64,000 bases of DNA from an uncultured Oscillospiraceae bacterium (lineage in GTDB: Bacteria; Bacillota; Clostridia; Acetivibrionales; DTU013): NCBI GenBank assembly GCA_964490975.1, contig CAZBEQ010000012.1, positions 1,559 through 65,558 of the forward strand, written 5' to 3'. Under the pieces are notes generated by a model. It was not told the DNA's origin. It saw only the letters and a list, made by a program, of their open reading frames with translations, and searched no databases. Each line of letters opens with the position of its first letter. Positions within the stretch are counted from its first letter, which is position 1. Made by a program: the position numbers and the translations under genes. Positions 44,828-54,789 of the stretch are shown here, piece by piece.

Positions 44828-47800
44828 TTATTTGTTAATCGTCACCTTTACTTTTTTTGAGAAGCTTGCAATATCTTTATCGGTGTGGCGTATAGCTGCA
44901 CTGTCAGCAGTATATATACCGGGCGAAACAACCTTTGCATAATACTGTATCGTTTTATCATTGTCGGTGAGTGGATAGTTTTTATTGTAATAATATCCGA
45001 ATACGGCCTTTTGGCCAGTTACTTCATTTGCATAGTTCCAGTTGTTTTCAGTGCCTTCCTGACCGTATACAGGCTGAATATACCTAAGGCCTGCAGGCAG
45101 TATGTCAGTAACCTCATAATAGCCATCCGGAGCATTCTCTTCAAAGTCAACTGTCAACGTTACTCTTACGATTTCAGAGCGGTTAAAGGCTCTTACAGGC
45201 CCCTTTCTGCTTCCTGTATCGTAGGCTCGGTCGATACTTAAAAGATCAGAGTTGTTTTTCATTTGCTCACTTATTGGTGTTGTATATGAAGAAGCTACCT
45301 GTATATTGCCCGTTATTCCGCTGAATTTAACTGCTGCCAGCCTCTCGGGTGTGAGTATCATACTGAAGGAGCTGCCCTTTTGCAATTCCACCTGCTTTTT
45401 TTCGCCATCCAGTTCGTATGTAAAGCTGCTGACCAGGGATGCATCCTTGATGTAGTTAGTCACAAATATCATCCGTTCCAGATTTACAAGGAGCTTGGAG
45501 GTTGAGTTGGATTCTATATAATTTAGCAACTTGATTTTTTCGGGAGCATTTATTTTCATCGCTATCAATGTGCTTATCGCAGTTGCGTCTATGCTGTCAT
45601 CCCTGCTTCCATTTTCGATCCATGCAAAGGTATCGGTGGCTTTCACTGAGTCCTTCATTGCAGCCTTGTATACTTCAGCAGCACCTTGATGGTCACCTGC
45701 TTCGGCAAGTGCAGCTCCAAGCACAAGCTTAGATTTCAGATCCAGGCCTTCCTCCTTGAGCATGGAACGTATATCAAGCAATACCGGCTCTTTAAGAGCT
45801 GCAAGACCCCAATATGCATAGATTACATCCTCCGGCGCAGTTTCTTCACTTTCGATAAGACTTCTGAAATAGAAGGCAAGGGCACCGCGGTCTATGCTAT
45901 CCGCTGCCAGCGAGCACATTTTTGCCGATAATTCCGGACTGCTGCTGTCATAGGGGAGCAGTGCAAGACCGCCATCGCCCATCTGATACTCTGATAGGTC
46001 AGGTTCGTCGAAGCTGTACATGCTCTCATTGAAATAATTCTGCAGCAATTTACCCGATATTTTTCTTGAAAGTACCTGGTCAAGCCTTTGTCCCCAGCTC
46101 CAGTAAAGCTGATGCAGTTCGTTATAAAGAACAGAGGAGTCTTCATTGTAGAATACCAGAGTAGTAAGTCCCTTTGTTCCATTTGTAACAGAAGTGCTTT
46201 CAGAAAGCTTTGTATAGTCTGTTACGGTGGTTTCGAGCATACTGTCAGACACAGTGAAACTGCGTTCCATAGCATCAGAAAGACTGCCGCAGGAGCCTTC
46301 GATCCTCACTGTATAAGTGCCCTGAGCCAATTCATCAAGCTGCAGCTCGTGGTAGAGGTTTGAAGCACCCTTTGTTATATATGAGCCTCTGCTCCGCCCA
46401 TTGATATCGGTAATTGTGACTTTAAAGCTTACTTCATCACCCGCTTTGAGCTCATTGCCATTTGCACTGACCATTATTGAAGGTGTGTCTCCTGTCAGGA
46501 AACGCTTATTGAATATACTGTCAACGAAAAATGGCAGCTTGGAGGAAATATTGATAGTGTTGCTTCCGGCACATACATCTTTAGTCACAGCTTGAGTAGT
46601 TACTCTCCAGGATGTAAGATTGTCAGGCATTTTGAAGGTTACTTCAGTTTTTCCGTCTGTGCCGGTATTAACTGTGGTGAAGAGTGCAGTGTCCTTAAAA
46701 TCCTTTCTGACACTTTCATTACCGCCTTCTCCGCCCATCTCGGCCATCGGAGAGCCAAATTCATCCATTGCTTTGAATGAAAGATATTCTGAGAGAAGTC
46801 CGGAAGATACTGACTGTTCATATAATGATGAAAGAGTATCGGTATATTGCGGATAAAGTGCAAAGAATGCTTCGTCTACAAGGCTGATATTGACCTCTGA
46901 AGCAACGGGCTTTCCTGAGCCGTCCTTTACCAGAACTGTGAGCTTGACCTCATCGCCGGGCTTATAGCTTTCCTTATCAGACTTTATATCTATATCAAGT
47001 TTTTTCTCGCTCATGTCAAATTTATACATTGCAATGCCGGCATCGTATATACCGTTACCGTCAAAACACAGCGCTTTTACATAGAGATTTGGTATAAATT
47101 CTTTGTCGAAACTGAAGTTGTATACTGCATTCTCAGAAACATTACAATCCAGTATACCGCTTCTCATCCGAACGAACAGGTATTTCCGGCTGTCTCCGGT
47201 ATAGGGCTCTTCTTTGTTATACCTGACTTCTGCGGTGATCTGCTCGCCGGTTTTATATTGCCTCTGCCAATCTGTTGTTATAGTATAAGCATCTTTGTAA
47301 TATGGGTCAAAACTATCCCAGTTATATACATAGATGGAATCTGATATCGGACGGCCTTTAGAGTCGTTTGCGAATATTTCGGCCACATATTGCTTATCCG
47401 AATCGGATTCATATTGTAAGGTATATTTCCCATTCTCCGTATTAAAGATATATTCCTTTACAAGGTTCTGTACTTCATAATACTCATAGGTGTCACGCCT
47501 TACCTTGTTGATGTAATCATAGTAATCGCCTGTTTTCTTTTTCTCATAGTGCTTTTCGTAAAGCTTCACTGACAACGGTATATTGACTTTTTCACCTCTG
47601 TAGTCATCCTCCAGATAATAGCTTTTATCCAGATCCTTCAGCTTTGATATGTCGATCCTGCTGGTAGTGAAGGTTATATTGCCGATGCCGTTCTCTGTCT
47701 TTGTTTCAGTCTCTATCATGGTATCCTTTGGAAATACACTAATATTGGTGTATTCACTTGTCTGCTGTTCCTGAGCGTCGCTGTTGCTTACATCAAAAGA

Positions 47801-49825
47801 CAGACTGACCGGTCTCCAGCCAGCATCGGGGGTCGTTCCCTTTACAGACAGCTTAGCCTTTCCGTTACTGTCACAGACAAGAGTCCCGTTTACAGGATTT
47901 ATATAGGAAATCGATTGTGTATAGTCAAGATAGATTCCTGAAGCGGGTGTGCCTTCGAAGAAAGAGGAGGTAATGTCGAAATTCACAGTATCCCAGGCAT
48001 ACATACAGTTTTTGTCGGGTTTTACATCAATTCTGTATACAGGTTTTGTATAATCCATTATCTGCAGATAACGCGTGAGCATGACCTTGCCGCCGACTTT
48101 CAGACGGACTTCATATGATCCGGGATTGTAGTTGTTGATCTTCAGGCTGCCCGCGTAAGTACCATCAGGAGAAATTGTAACGCTTTGTGAGGTTAAAACA
48201 GAAGTACTGTCATCATTCGAAGAATAGTAATTATAACTGATTAGTTCAAGCTCTGCCTCGGTTTCGGTGACAGCAGTGTTTCTTGGCTTGAGGATGCCCC
48301 ACACATTTATAGTATCGCTCGTCAGGTATACGCTCCTGTCAAGATATATGTAAGACCAGTAATTATCAACAAACGAAGAATCATAATTGTTATACATTGA
48401 GTAGTATGTATCGTATCGAACGCATGCAACAAACGGAAGTCCTGTTTTTGGCTTAATAGTAAAGTAATTCGCTGAGGTGTCGGATTGCACAGGTGTATTG
48501 TCAAGTTCAGCTAGGCCATTGCTGTCCGTTTCTGAAGATGCGCCCTGGTCGAGTGTGAAGGAAGCCCCGGAAATAGGCTTGCCGCTTAAAGTATCGTTCA
48601 ACCATAATAAACTCTTATCCTTTGTGGTCATGATGTACACTGAAGCGGTATTGACCTGCAGCTGAACGAAATATTTTTCACCGTCTATTTCGGTTACTGC
48701 CAGGTAGTAGCCTTCAGCCAACTGGGAGGGGAACAGCAGATAATTATTACTCCAGTAGGAGGATGTCTTATGTTGTATGATCTGTCCCTGAAAGGAAGAT
48801 ATTTTTGCCAGCCTGGTCAGATCATAAATATCCTTTCTGTTATCGGTTGCCCAACTGGGGCCTGATTCAGCTTTCTTGAGATCATTCATGAAGCTTTCAG
48901 TATCGGGGTAGCTGTATATTTCTACGGGAAGCTCCTGGTTAATAAGGCTTTCCTGTGTATATACTTCAAGCGCAGGAACTGTTTGCGGTGTGAAGTTATA
49001 CATGTTATCTGAAAATGAGAAATAAATACCGGATTCATCAGCGTTTTCAGACACGGTCTGGAATCTGAAGGAGTAGTCGTTTTGGAGCTCATCCTTGCTT
49101 CCGGCCACTCTAAGGCCTTTTTTTATTGTTACGGTATAAATGGTATCTGCATCAAGATCATTTTCAGGAACAAAAACAAGTGTCTTTTTATTCCATTCGA
49201 AACGACCGTTGACTTTTGGAGATATTTCAAAATATCTGTCGGCGTTTTCCAGACCGTCATTGCTGAAGGTTATCTCTATGCCTGAGTTTAGTGGTATACC
49301 TACCGATTTATCACGGGGCATGGTTCGGATGACCCTGAACTGTCTTTTGGTCTGGAAGGCCCAGGATTTTTTTTCGCCGGTATTTTTATCGTTGAGTGAA
49401 ACATTATATATGCTGTCACTTTTTAGAGGCTTATCAAATTTCATTGAAAATTCTTTATCAGAAAGCTTTTTTATACTGAATGCCTGTGCAGGTTCAACGA
49501 TCAATGAGGCAGCAAGGGCCTGTTCATCGGCAGCTTTGCTGAATAGCAGCCTGAATGCCGAGGTTGTGCTGACACCAAGACTGTCTGATTCATTGGCCGA
49601 TATGTCTACGACTGACTCCATAAGGCCGGACAGGGCATTTGGGTCTATAGCCACATCCTGTTGCATATCTGTGCTGGCTGGTGTAGTGGGTTCCTCTGCT
49701 CTTCCGAGGTTACCGAATACTCCCGTCAGTGCTGCTATAACAATTGCCGCCAGCAGTACTACGGCTGATATTGATATTATCACTGCCGCCTTGCTTTTAA
49801 ATAACCCCTTAAACCCATTAATCAT
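44828..49825 (-). CDS. Alpha-2-macroglobulin-family giant protein, membrane-anchored, no thioester motif
   Basis: Start re-set to the ATG at 49825 (GGTGAGG RBS). About 1665 aa with an N-terminal TM helix and many Ig-like/MG-type beta-domains. The A2M_N_2-like segment reads EVNISLVDEAFFAL. No CxEQ thioester motif appears anywhere in the translation. Confidence 0.75.
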   Translation of the reverse strand: MINGFKGLFKSKAAVIISISAVVLLAAIVIAALTGVFGNLGRAEEPTTPASTDMQQDVAIDPNALSGLMESVVDISANESDSLGVSTTSAFRLLFSKAADEQALAASLIVEPAQAFSIKKLSDKEFSMKFDKPLKSDSIYNVSLNDKNTGEKKSWAFQTKRQFRVIRTMPRDKSVGIPLNSGIEITFSNDGLENADRYFEISPKVNGRFEWNKKTLVFVPENDLDADTIYTVTIKKGLRVAGSKDELQNDYSFRFQTVSENADESGIYFSFSDNMYNFTPQTVPALEVYTQESLINQELPVEIYSYPDTESFMNDLKKAESGPSWATDNRKDIYDLTRLAKISSFQGQIIQHKTSSYWSNNYLLFPSQLAEGYYLAVTEIDGEKYFVQLQVNTASVYIMTTKDKSLLWLNDTLSGKPISGASFTLDQGASSETDSNGLAELDNTPVQSDTSANYFTIKPKTGLPFVACVRYDTYYSMYNNYDSSFVDNYWSYIYLDRSVYLTSDTINVWGILKPRNTAVTETEAELELISYNYYSSNDDSTSVLTSQSVTISPDGTYAGSLKINNYNPGSYEVRLKVGGKVMLTRYLQIMDYTKPVYRIDVKPDKNCMYAWDTVNFDITSSFFEGTPASGIYLDYTQSISYINPVNGTLVCDSNGKAKLSVKGTTPDAGWRPVSLSFDVSNSDAQEQQTSEYTNISVFPKDTMIETETKTENGIGNITFTTSRIDISKLKDLDKSYYLEDDYRGEKVNIPLSVKLYEKHYEKKKTGDYYDYINKVRRDTYEYYEVQNLVKEYIFNTENGKYTLQYESDSDKQYVAEIFANDSKGRPISDSIYVYNWDSFDPYYKDAYTITTDWQRQYKTGEQITAEVRYNKEEPYTGDSRKYLFVRMRSGILDCNVSENAVYNFSFDKEFIPNLYVKALCFDGNGIYDAGIAMYKFDMSEKKLDIDIKSDKESYKPGDEVKLTVLVKDGSGKPVASEVNISLVDEAFFALYPQYTDTLSSLYEQSVSSGLLSEYLSFKAMDEFGSPMAEMGGEGGNESVRKDFKDTALFTTVNTGTDGKTEVTFKMPDNLTSWRVTTQAVTKDVCAGSNTINISSKLPFFVDSIFNKRFLTGDTPSIMVSANGNELKAGDEVSFKVTITDINGRSRGSYITKGASNLYHELQLDELAQGTYTVRIEGSCGSLSDAMERSFTVSDSMLETTVTDYTKLSESTSVTNGTKGLTTLVFYNEDSSVLYNELHQLYWSWGQRLDQVLSRKISGKLLQNYFNESMYSFDEPDLSEYQMGDGGLALLPYDSSSPELSAKMCSLAADSIDRGALAFYFRSLIESEETAPEDVIYAYWGLAALKEPVLLDIRSMLKEEGLDLKSKLVLGAALAEAGDHQGAAEVYKAAMKDSVKATDTFAWIENGSRDDSIDATAISTLIAMKINAPEKIKLLNYIESNSTSKLLVNLERMIFVTNYIKDASLVSSFTYELDGEKKQVELQKGSSFSMILTPERLAAVKFSGITGNIQVASSYTTPISEQMKNNSDLLSIDRAYDTGSRKGPVRAFNRSEIVRVTLTVDFEENAPDGYYEVTDILPAGLRYIQPVYGQEGTENNWNYANEVTGQKAVFGYYYNKNYPLTDNDKTIQYYAKVVSPGIYTADSAAIRHTDKDIASFSKKVKVTINK

Positions 49826-50059
49826 GTCCAACCTCACCTTTCGCAGCAATTATGTCACAGCTGCAACAAATATCTGATAATGTCCGATGACCCACCGGTT
49901 ACTAATGCCATAGCTTACCTGCATACCTACTGTATATTTTACCATTAATCTCTAAGACGTAGAATACATATATTTTGTTTCAAAAACCCTAAATTTCTAT
50001 AGTCAATTGTGTTAAAATATGTATGCTTGTGGTCAATATCATTGGGAAGGAAATTAAGA

Positions 50060-51418
50060 ATGCATACTATCGAACCGCCAAAGGAAGTTATGCATATCAT
50101 TGGAATACTTGAAGAGTATGGCTATGAATCGTACGCAGTAGGTGGCTGTGTACGCGACCTGGTCATGGGAAGGATGCCAAAAGACTGGGACATCACCACT
50201 AGTGCATGCCCGGAAACGGTGAAGGGGCTATTTGAAAGGACCCTGGACACCGGATTGAAGCATGGTACTGTGACAGTATTGATAGACAAGGCCGGCTATG
50301 AAGTCACGACATTTCGTATCGACGGTAATTATGAGGACGGCAGACATCCGGAATATGTGGAGTTCACAGGGAGTATTGAGGAGGATCTTCGGCGGAGGGA
50401 TTTTACCATCAATTCGATGGCATGGAATCCCGAAAGCGGAATCATAGACCTATTCGGAGGTATGAGAGATATAGCAGCAGGAATAGTACGAGCTGTGGGA
50501 GATCCGGCGGAGAGATTCAGGGAAGACGCGCTCCGCATGCTGCGAGCGGTGAGATTTGCTGCAAGGCTGGGATTTGATATAGAGTCTGGCACCTTTGATG
50601 CTATTAAAGACAACAGCTGCCTTATACAAAAAGTCAGTGCTGAGAGGATCAGGGAAGAACTTACAGGTATACTGATGTCAGAAAAGCCTGCAAAATTTAG
50701 CATTTTGATGGAAACCGGGCTTTTGGAACATATTTTATCACATTTCCAGTATTCATATGATTTACCAGCTGTAGGAGGACTTTGTGAAGGCTCTGTCGAA
50801 TCTAGTTTAAATGCTATTGCTGCTGTTGAAGCTGACATATGCTTAAGGTGGACAATGCTGCTGCGATACCTTGGAAAATATTTCGCAGGAGAAGCTTTCC
50901 CAAAATGTTGTGAAGCTGCAGGATGTGTTGGTGATATGCCCGGTAAAAATGTGGAAAGTATAGTGTTGGCAGAAGCTATACTGCGCAAGTTGAAATTCAG
51001 CAATAAAAATGCTGACAGGATACTGTGTCTGCTGAGATATTCAGATATGTATATCGGGACTGGACCGGGCGATGTTGCAAGGGCTGTATTTGAGGTTGGA
51101 GATGATATCTTTACCGACCTGCTTAAAGTCAAAAGGGCAGATGCTCAGATAAATGAAACATCATTTATATCTGATGCTGTAAGCTATATCGATGGGATCG
51201 AAAAAATCTACTGTGATTTACTTGCCTCCGGATGTTGTATGAAGCTGAAGGACCTGGCTGTGAATGGGGAGGATTTGATGCGAATCGGATTTAGTGAAGG
51301 CAGCGATATCGGAAGTACGCTGTCATATCTGCTTGATTGTGTTATGCAGGCACCTTGGCTGAATGTGAAGGATACTCTGGAGAAAATGGCGTTGGAATTA
51401 CTCGAAGCCCGGTCATAA
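50060..51418 (+). CDS. cca: CCA-adding tRNA nucleotidyltransferase / poly(A) polymerase-family enzyme
   Basis: Start re-set to the ATG at 50060. YAVGGCVRDLVMGRMPKDWDITT and RRDFTINSMA motifs, plus a C-terminal extension. Confidence 0.85.
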   Translation: MHTIEPPKEVMHIIGILEEYGYESYAVGGCVRDLVMGRMPKDWDITTSACPETVKGLFERTLDTGLKHGTVTVLIDKAGYEVTTFRIDGNYEDGRHPEYVEFTGSIEEDLRRRDFTINSMAWNPESGIIDLFGGMRDIAAGIVRAVGDPAERFREDALRMLRAVRFAARLGFDIESGTFDAIKDNSCLIQKVSAERIREELTGILMSEKPAKFSILMETGLLEHILSHFQYSYDLPAVGGLCEGSVESSLNAIAAVEADICLRWTMLLRYLGKYFAGEAFPKCCEAAGCVGDMPGKNVESIVLAEAILRKLKFSNKNADRILCLLRYSDMYIGTGPGDVARAVFEVGDDIFTDLLKVKRADAQINETSFISDAVSYIDGIEKIYCDLLASGCCMKLKDLAVNGEDLMRIGFSEGSDIGSTLSYLLDCVMQAPWLNVKDTLEKMALELLEARS

Positions 51419-51456
51419 AGCAAACTCAGCCGGCTTTACGGGCACTAAACGGCTGC

Positions 51457-51485
51457 TTGACAGCCGCAATAGGCAAGAATATAAA
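51457..51485 (+). promoter_or_regulatory. Sigma-A-type promoter of fabI
   Basis: TTGACA (51457-51462), a 17-nt spacer and TATAAA (51480-51485). Confidence 0.5.
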
Positions 51486-51508
51486 AAGATTAGAAAGGAA
51501 GGTATTAG

Positions 51509-52279
51509 ATGGGAGATCTACTTAGAAACAGAAACATTATAATAATGGGTGTGAGGAATAAATGGAGTATTGCCTGGGGAATAGCTGAGGCTGCTCACAG
51601 GGAAGGGGCATCGCTTATATTCACATATCTTGGTGAACGAGAAAAAGCCGATGTCGAACGCCTTGCAAATGAACTCGGAAATGTGGAGACTTTCCAGATG
51701 GATGTCACATCTGATGAGGATATCGACAAATTTTTTGACGAAATAAAGGGAAAATACGGAGTGATACATGGCCTTGTTCATGCGGTTGCATATGCAAAGG
51801 CAGAGGATCTGCGTGACAGTTTTCTGAACACCTCCAGGGAAGGGTATGCGCTGGCACTCGATATAAGCGCCTACTCACTCGTCGCCGTCAGCAGGAGAGC
51901 AAGCGGGCTGATGACAGATGGCGGAAGTATTGTGACATTGACATATATGGGCGCGGAAAAGGTATTTACGGGCTACAATGTAATGGGTGTAGCTAAGGCA
52001 GCTCTTGAGGCAGGGGTAAGATATCTGGCAAGTGATATGGGCCCTATGGGGATAAGGATAAATGCCATATCGGCCGGCGCAGTCAAGACGCTGTCTGCCA
52101 AAGGAGTGAAGGATTTCAGCTCGATCCTTAAGCATACCCAGGAGAAGGCACCGTTGAGGAGGAACGTTGAAACAGGAGAAATAGGTAATACGGCTGTATT
52201 CCTTCTCAGCGATATGTCGGCAGGCACCACCGGTGAGATAATCCATGTGGATGCGGGTATTAATATAATGGGTATATAA
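51509..52279 (+). CDS. fabI: Enoyl-[acyl-carrier-protein] reductase (NADH), FabI type
   Basis: 256 aa. GVRNKWSIAWGIA..., Y-x6-K context (YNVMGVAKAALE) and INAISAGAVKT. Confidence 0.9.
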   Translation: MGDLLRNRNIIIMGVRNKWSIAWGIAEAAHREGASLIFTYLGEREKADVERLANELGNVETFQMDVTSDEDIDKFFDEIKGKYGVIHGLVHAVAYAKAEDLRDSFLNTSREGYALALDISAYSLVAVSRRASGLMTDGGSIVTLTYMGAEKVFTGYNVMGVAKAALEAGVRYLASDMGPMGIRINAISAGAVKTLSAKGVKDFSSILKHTQEKAPLRRNVETGEIGNTAVFLLSDMSAGTTGEIIHVDAGINIMGI

Positions 52280-52280
52280 C

Positions 52281-52328
52281 GGGGCGGCGAGGATATCTCC
52301 TGCGTCGTTGAAACAAAGTGTTATAAAC
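52281..52328 (+). repeat. Dispersed intergenic repeat, copy A
   Basis: GGGGCGGCGAGGATATCTCCTGCGTCGTTGAAAC followed by AAAGTGTTATAAAC. It shares the G-run, ATATCT and CGCNTCGTT(A/G)(T/A)AAC blocks with the copies at 56280, 62857(rc) and 62919. Confidence 0.7.
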
Positions 52329-52329
52329 A

Positions 52330-52370
52330 AAAGGGACATGGGTTTTGATTTTCTTTACCCATGTCCCTTT
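52330..52370. terminator. Bidirectional terminator between fabI and the SPT-like gene
   Basis: AAAGGGACATGGGT (52330-52343) pairs perfectly with ACCCATGTCCCTTT (52357-52370). Confidence 0.85.
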
Positions 52371-52400
52371 AATTCTTTGACTGATTATCTGATTATCTCA

Positions 52401-53585
52401 TTATCCCAGTTTCTCGAAGACCCTTTTGAAGGCTTCCAGCGTGTAATCCAACTGATCCTTTGTATGAGTTGCGGTGTAACTGGTCCTGATCCTGCATAGA
52501 CCGGGCTTGACAGCAGGTGATATTACAGGATTAACATAAACTCCCTCTTCGCGCAGCATTTTCGTTACCACGAGAGTAGGTTCATTTTCATATGTCATTA
52601 CAGGAACTATCGGTGTGATATCACTATTAGCTTCGTAAATCGGAATGTCAAGCTTTTTGAAGCCCTGTCTCATATATTGTGATATTTCTCTGAGCTTTTG
52701 GATGCGCTCCGGCTCGGCCTGGATTATTTCGAGCGCCGCAATGGCTGCCGCAGCGTTTGATGGCGGTATGGAAGCCGAGAAAATGAACGGCCTTGAATTA
52801 TGTTTTATGAAGTCAATAACATCCTGGCTTCCTGCAACGAAGCCACCAAGGCTGGCAAGTGATTTACTGAAGGTGCTCATTATCAAGTCGACTTCATCTT
52901 CGAGACCGAAGTGTTCTGCCGTACCTCTGCCATGATCACCCAATATGCCGAAGGAGTGGGCATCATCAACCATGACCCTGGCACCGTATTTCTTTGCGAG
53001 CCGTACTATGGAAGGCAGATCCGCGATATCTCCCTCCATGCTGAATATACCGTCTACAACAATGAGCTTTCCGTGGTTTTCATCAATCTTGGACAGAAGC
53101 CTTTCAAGATCCTCCATATCGTTATGTTCGAATTTGAGTGTCTTTGCAAAGCTGAGCCTGCAGGCGTCAACTATACTGGCATGATTTTCACAGTCACAGA
53201 GGATATAATCATTTCTGCCTGCTATAGCAGTTATGATTCCGAGATTTGTCTGGAAACCTGTACTGAAGGTGATAGCAGCATCTTTTTTAACAAATTCAGC
53301 CAGCTTTTTCTCCAACTCCAGGTGAAGAGTAAGCGTACCGTTGAGGAACCTTGATCCTGAGCAGCCTGAGCCGAATTTTTCTACTGCTTCTATTGCGGCC
53401 TTTTTTACTCTGGGATCAGAAGTGAGTCCGAGGTAATTGTTGGATCCTACCATTACGGTTTTTATTCCTTCTATAATAACTTCAGTATCCTGTCCTGATT
53501 CAAGCGCATGAAAATAAGGATAAAGGCCGGCTGCTAATACTTCTTTGTAATCAGTGTAATTAAAACATTTTTCAAAGATATCCAT
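52401..53585 (-). CDS. PLP-dependent alpha-oxoamine synthase, serine-palmitoyltransferase-like
   Basis: 394 aa. GSNNYLGLT, KFGSGCSGSRFLNGT, NHASIVD, DDAHSFG, STFSKSLASLGGFV (PLP Lys) and RPFIFSASIPPS. This motif set is closer to my recollection of bacterial SPT (KFGSGTNGSRMLNGT, RPYIFTASLPPS) than of Kbl or BioF. Confidence 0.8.
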   Translation of the reverse strand: MDIFEKCFNYTDYKEVLAAGLYPYFHALESGQDTEVIIEGIKTVMVGSNNYLGLTSDPRVKKAAIEAVEKFGSGCSGSRFLNGTLTLHLELEKKLAEFVKKDAAITFSTGFQTNLGIITAIAGRNDYILCDCENHASIVDACRLSFAKTLKFEHNDMEDLERLLSKIDENHGKLIVVDGIFSMEGDIADLPSIVRLAKKYGARVMVDDAHSFGILGDHGRGTAEHFGLEDEVDLIMSTFSKSLASLGGFVAGSQDVIDFIKHNSRPFIFSASIPPSNAAAAIAALEIIQAEPERIQKLREISQYMRQGFKKLDIPIYEANSDITPIVPVMTYENEPTLVVTKMLREEGVYVNPVISPAVKPGLCRIRTSYTATHTKDQLDYTLEAFKRVFEKLG

Positions 53586-53955
53586 AGCTAAGTAATCTCT
53601 CCTTCACATTTGTCTGGCAAAATAAAACTTAAACCTCAAATATTTTATCACATAATATCCAATAAGTATATATTACATCTTAGGCAAAATATGATAGGAT
53701 GAAGTATTATTAATCAAGCACGCTTGACATTTTTTCAACTAGGGTGCAAATTTATGTGCATAATTGTGTATAATAGCCATTACGGTAAACGGATTGATAT
53801 GATAATGTGATCGATTGTATTGTTATGTAACTTTTGTGCACCGAAGTTGATTTTTTGTCATTATCTATAGACGCGATCGTATTTATGCTTTATGTTTAAT
53901 CTATTGAGTTTCTGTGATAAAATGTAAAAAAAGAAATGAGATCGGGAGAAGCAAA

Positions 53956-54783
53956 ATGAAAAAGTATTATGGCAATGTTGTACTTATTACAGGGGCATCC
54001 TCCGGCATCGGAAAATCATGCGCTGAATATATAGCTGGCCTGGGCTACAAGGTCTATGGCACCTCTAGGAAGGCTCCTGAAAATGAGTTTGAAGTCAGGG
54101 AAAATGAGATAACCATGATCCGGATGGATGTATGCAGCGATGATTCCGTTAGTGCGGCAATTGAGAGGATCATTGAACTCGAAGGTGAGATAGGTATCGT
54201 TGTCAATAATGCCGGTATGGGGATCGCGGGCGCTGTTGAAGATACATCTCCGCAAGAGGCTTTTTTACAGATGGATACCAACTTTTTCGGAGTACACAGG
54301 GTCATACGGCAGGTGCTTCCGCATATGAGGAAGAAGGGCAGAGGGCTGATCATTAATATGTCATCTGTCGGAGCGCTTTTTCCGATACCTTATCAGTCCA
54401 TGTATGTAGCAGCCAAGGCTGCTGTCGAAGGAATGACAGGAGCATTGAGGAATGAACTGAGACCATTTGGCATAAAAGTTGCATTTGTTGAACCCGGAGA
54501 TACAAAAACCGGCTTTACAGGCAGCAGGATAATGACAAGCGAAAGCGGAGAGGAATCTGCATATAGCGAATATTGTAAAAAGTCCATTGCTGTTATGGAA
54601 AGGGATGAAACCAACGGCCCAGATCCGATTGTTGTCGCAAGGGTTATCGGAAGGCTGGCAAAGAGAAAAAACCCTCCTGTTTGCATAACAGTCGGGCTTC
54701 AGTACAAAATACTCGTATTTTTCAAAAGGCTTATTCCAAAATCTTTGGAATCCTATGTTTTATCAAAAATGTACAAAGGTTGA
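53956..54783 (+). CDS. Short-chain dehydrogenase/reductase (classical SDR)
   Basis: Start re-set to the ATG at 53956. TGASSGIGK cofactor motif, NNAG and the S...YxxxK catalytic set (SSVG...YVAAK). Confidence 0.85.
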   Translation: MKKYYGNVVLITGASSGIGKSCAEYIAGLGYKVYGTSRKAPENEFEVRENEITMIRMDVCSDDSVSAAIERIIELEGEIGIVVNNAGMGIAGAVEDTSPQEAFLQMDTNFFGVHRVIRQVLPHMRKKGRGLIINMSSVGALFPIPYQSMYVAAKAAVEGMTGALRNELRPFGIKVAFVEPGDTKTGFTGSRIMTSESGEESAYSEYCKKSIAVMERDETNGPDPIVVARVIGRLAKRKNPPVCITVGLQYKILVFFKRLIPKSLESYVLSKMYKG

Positions 54784-54789
54784 TCGATG

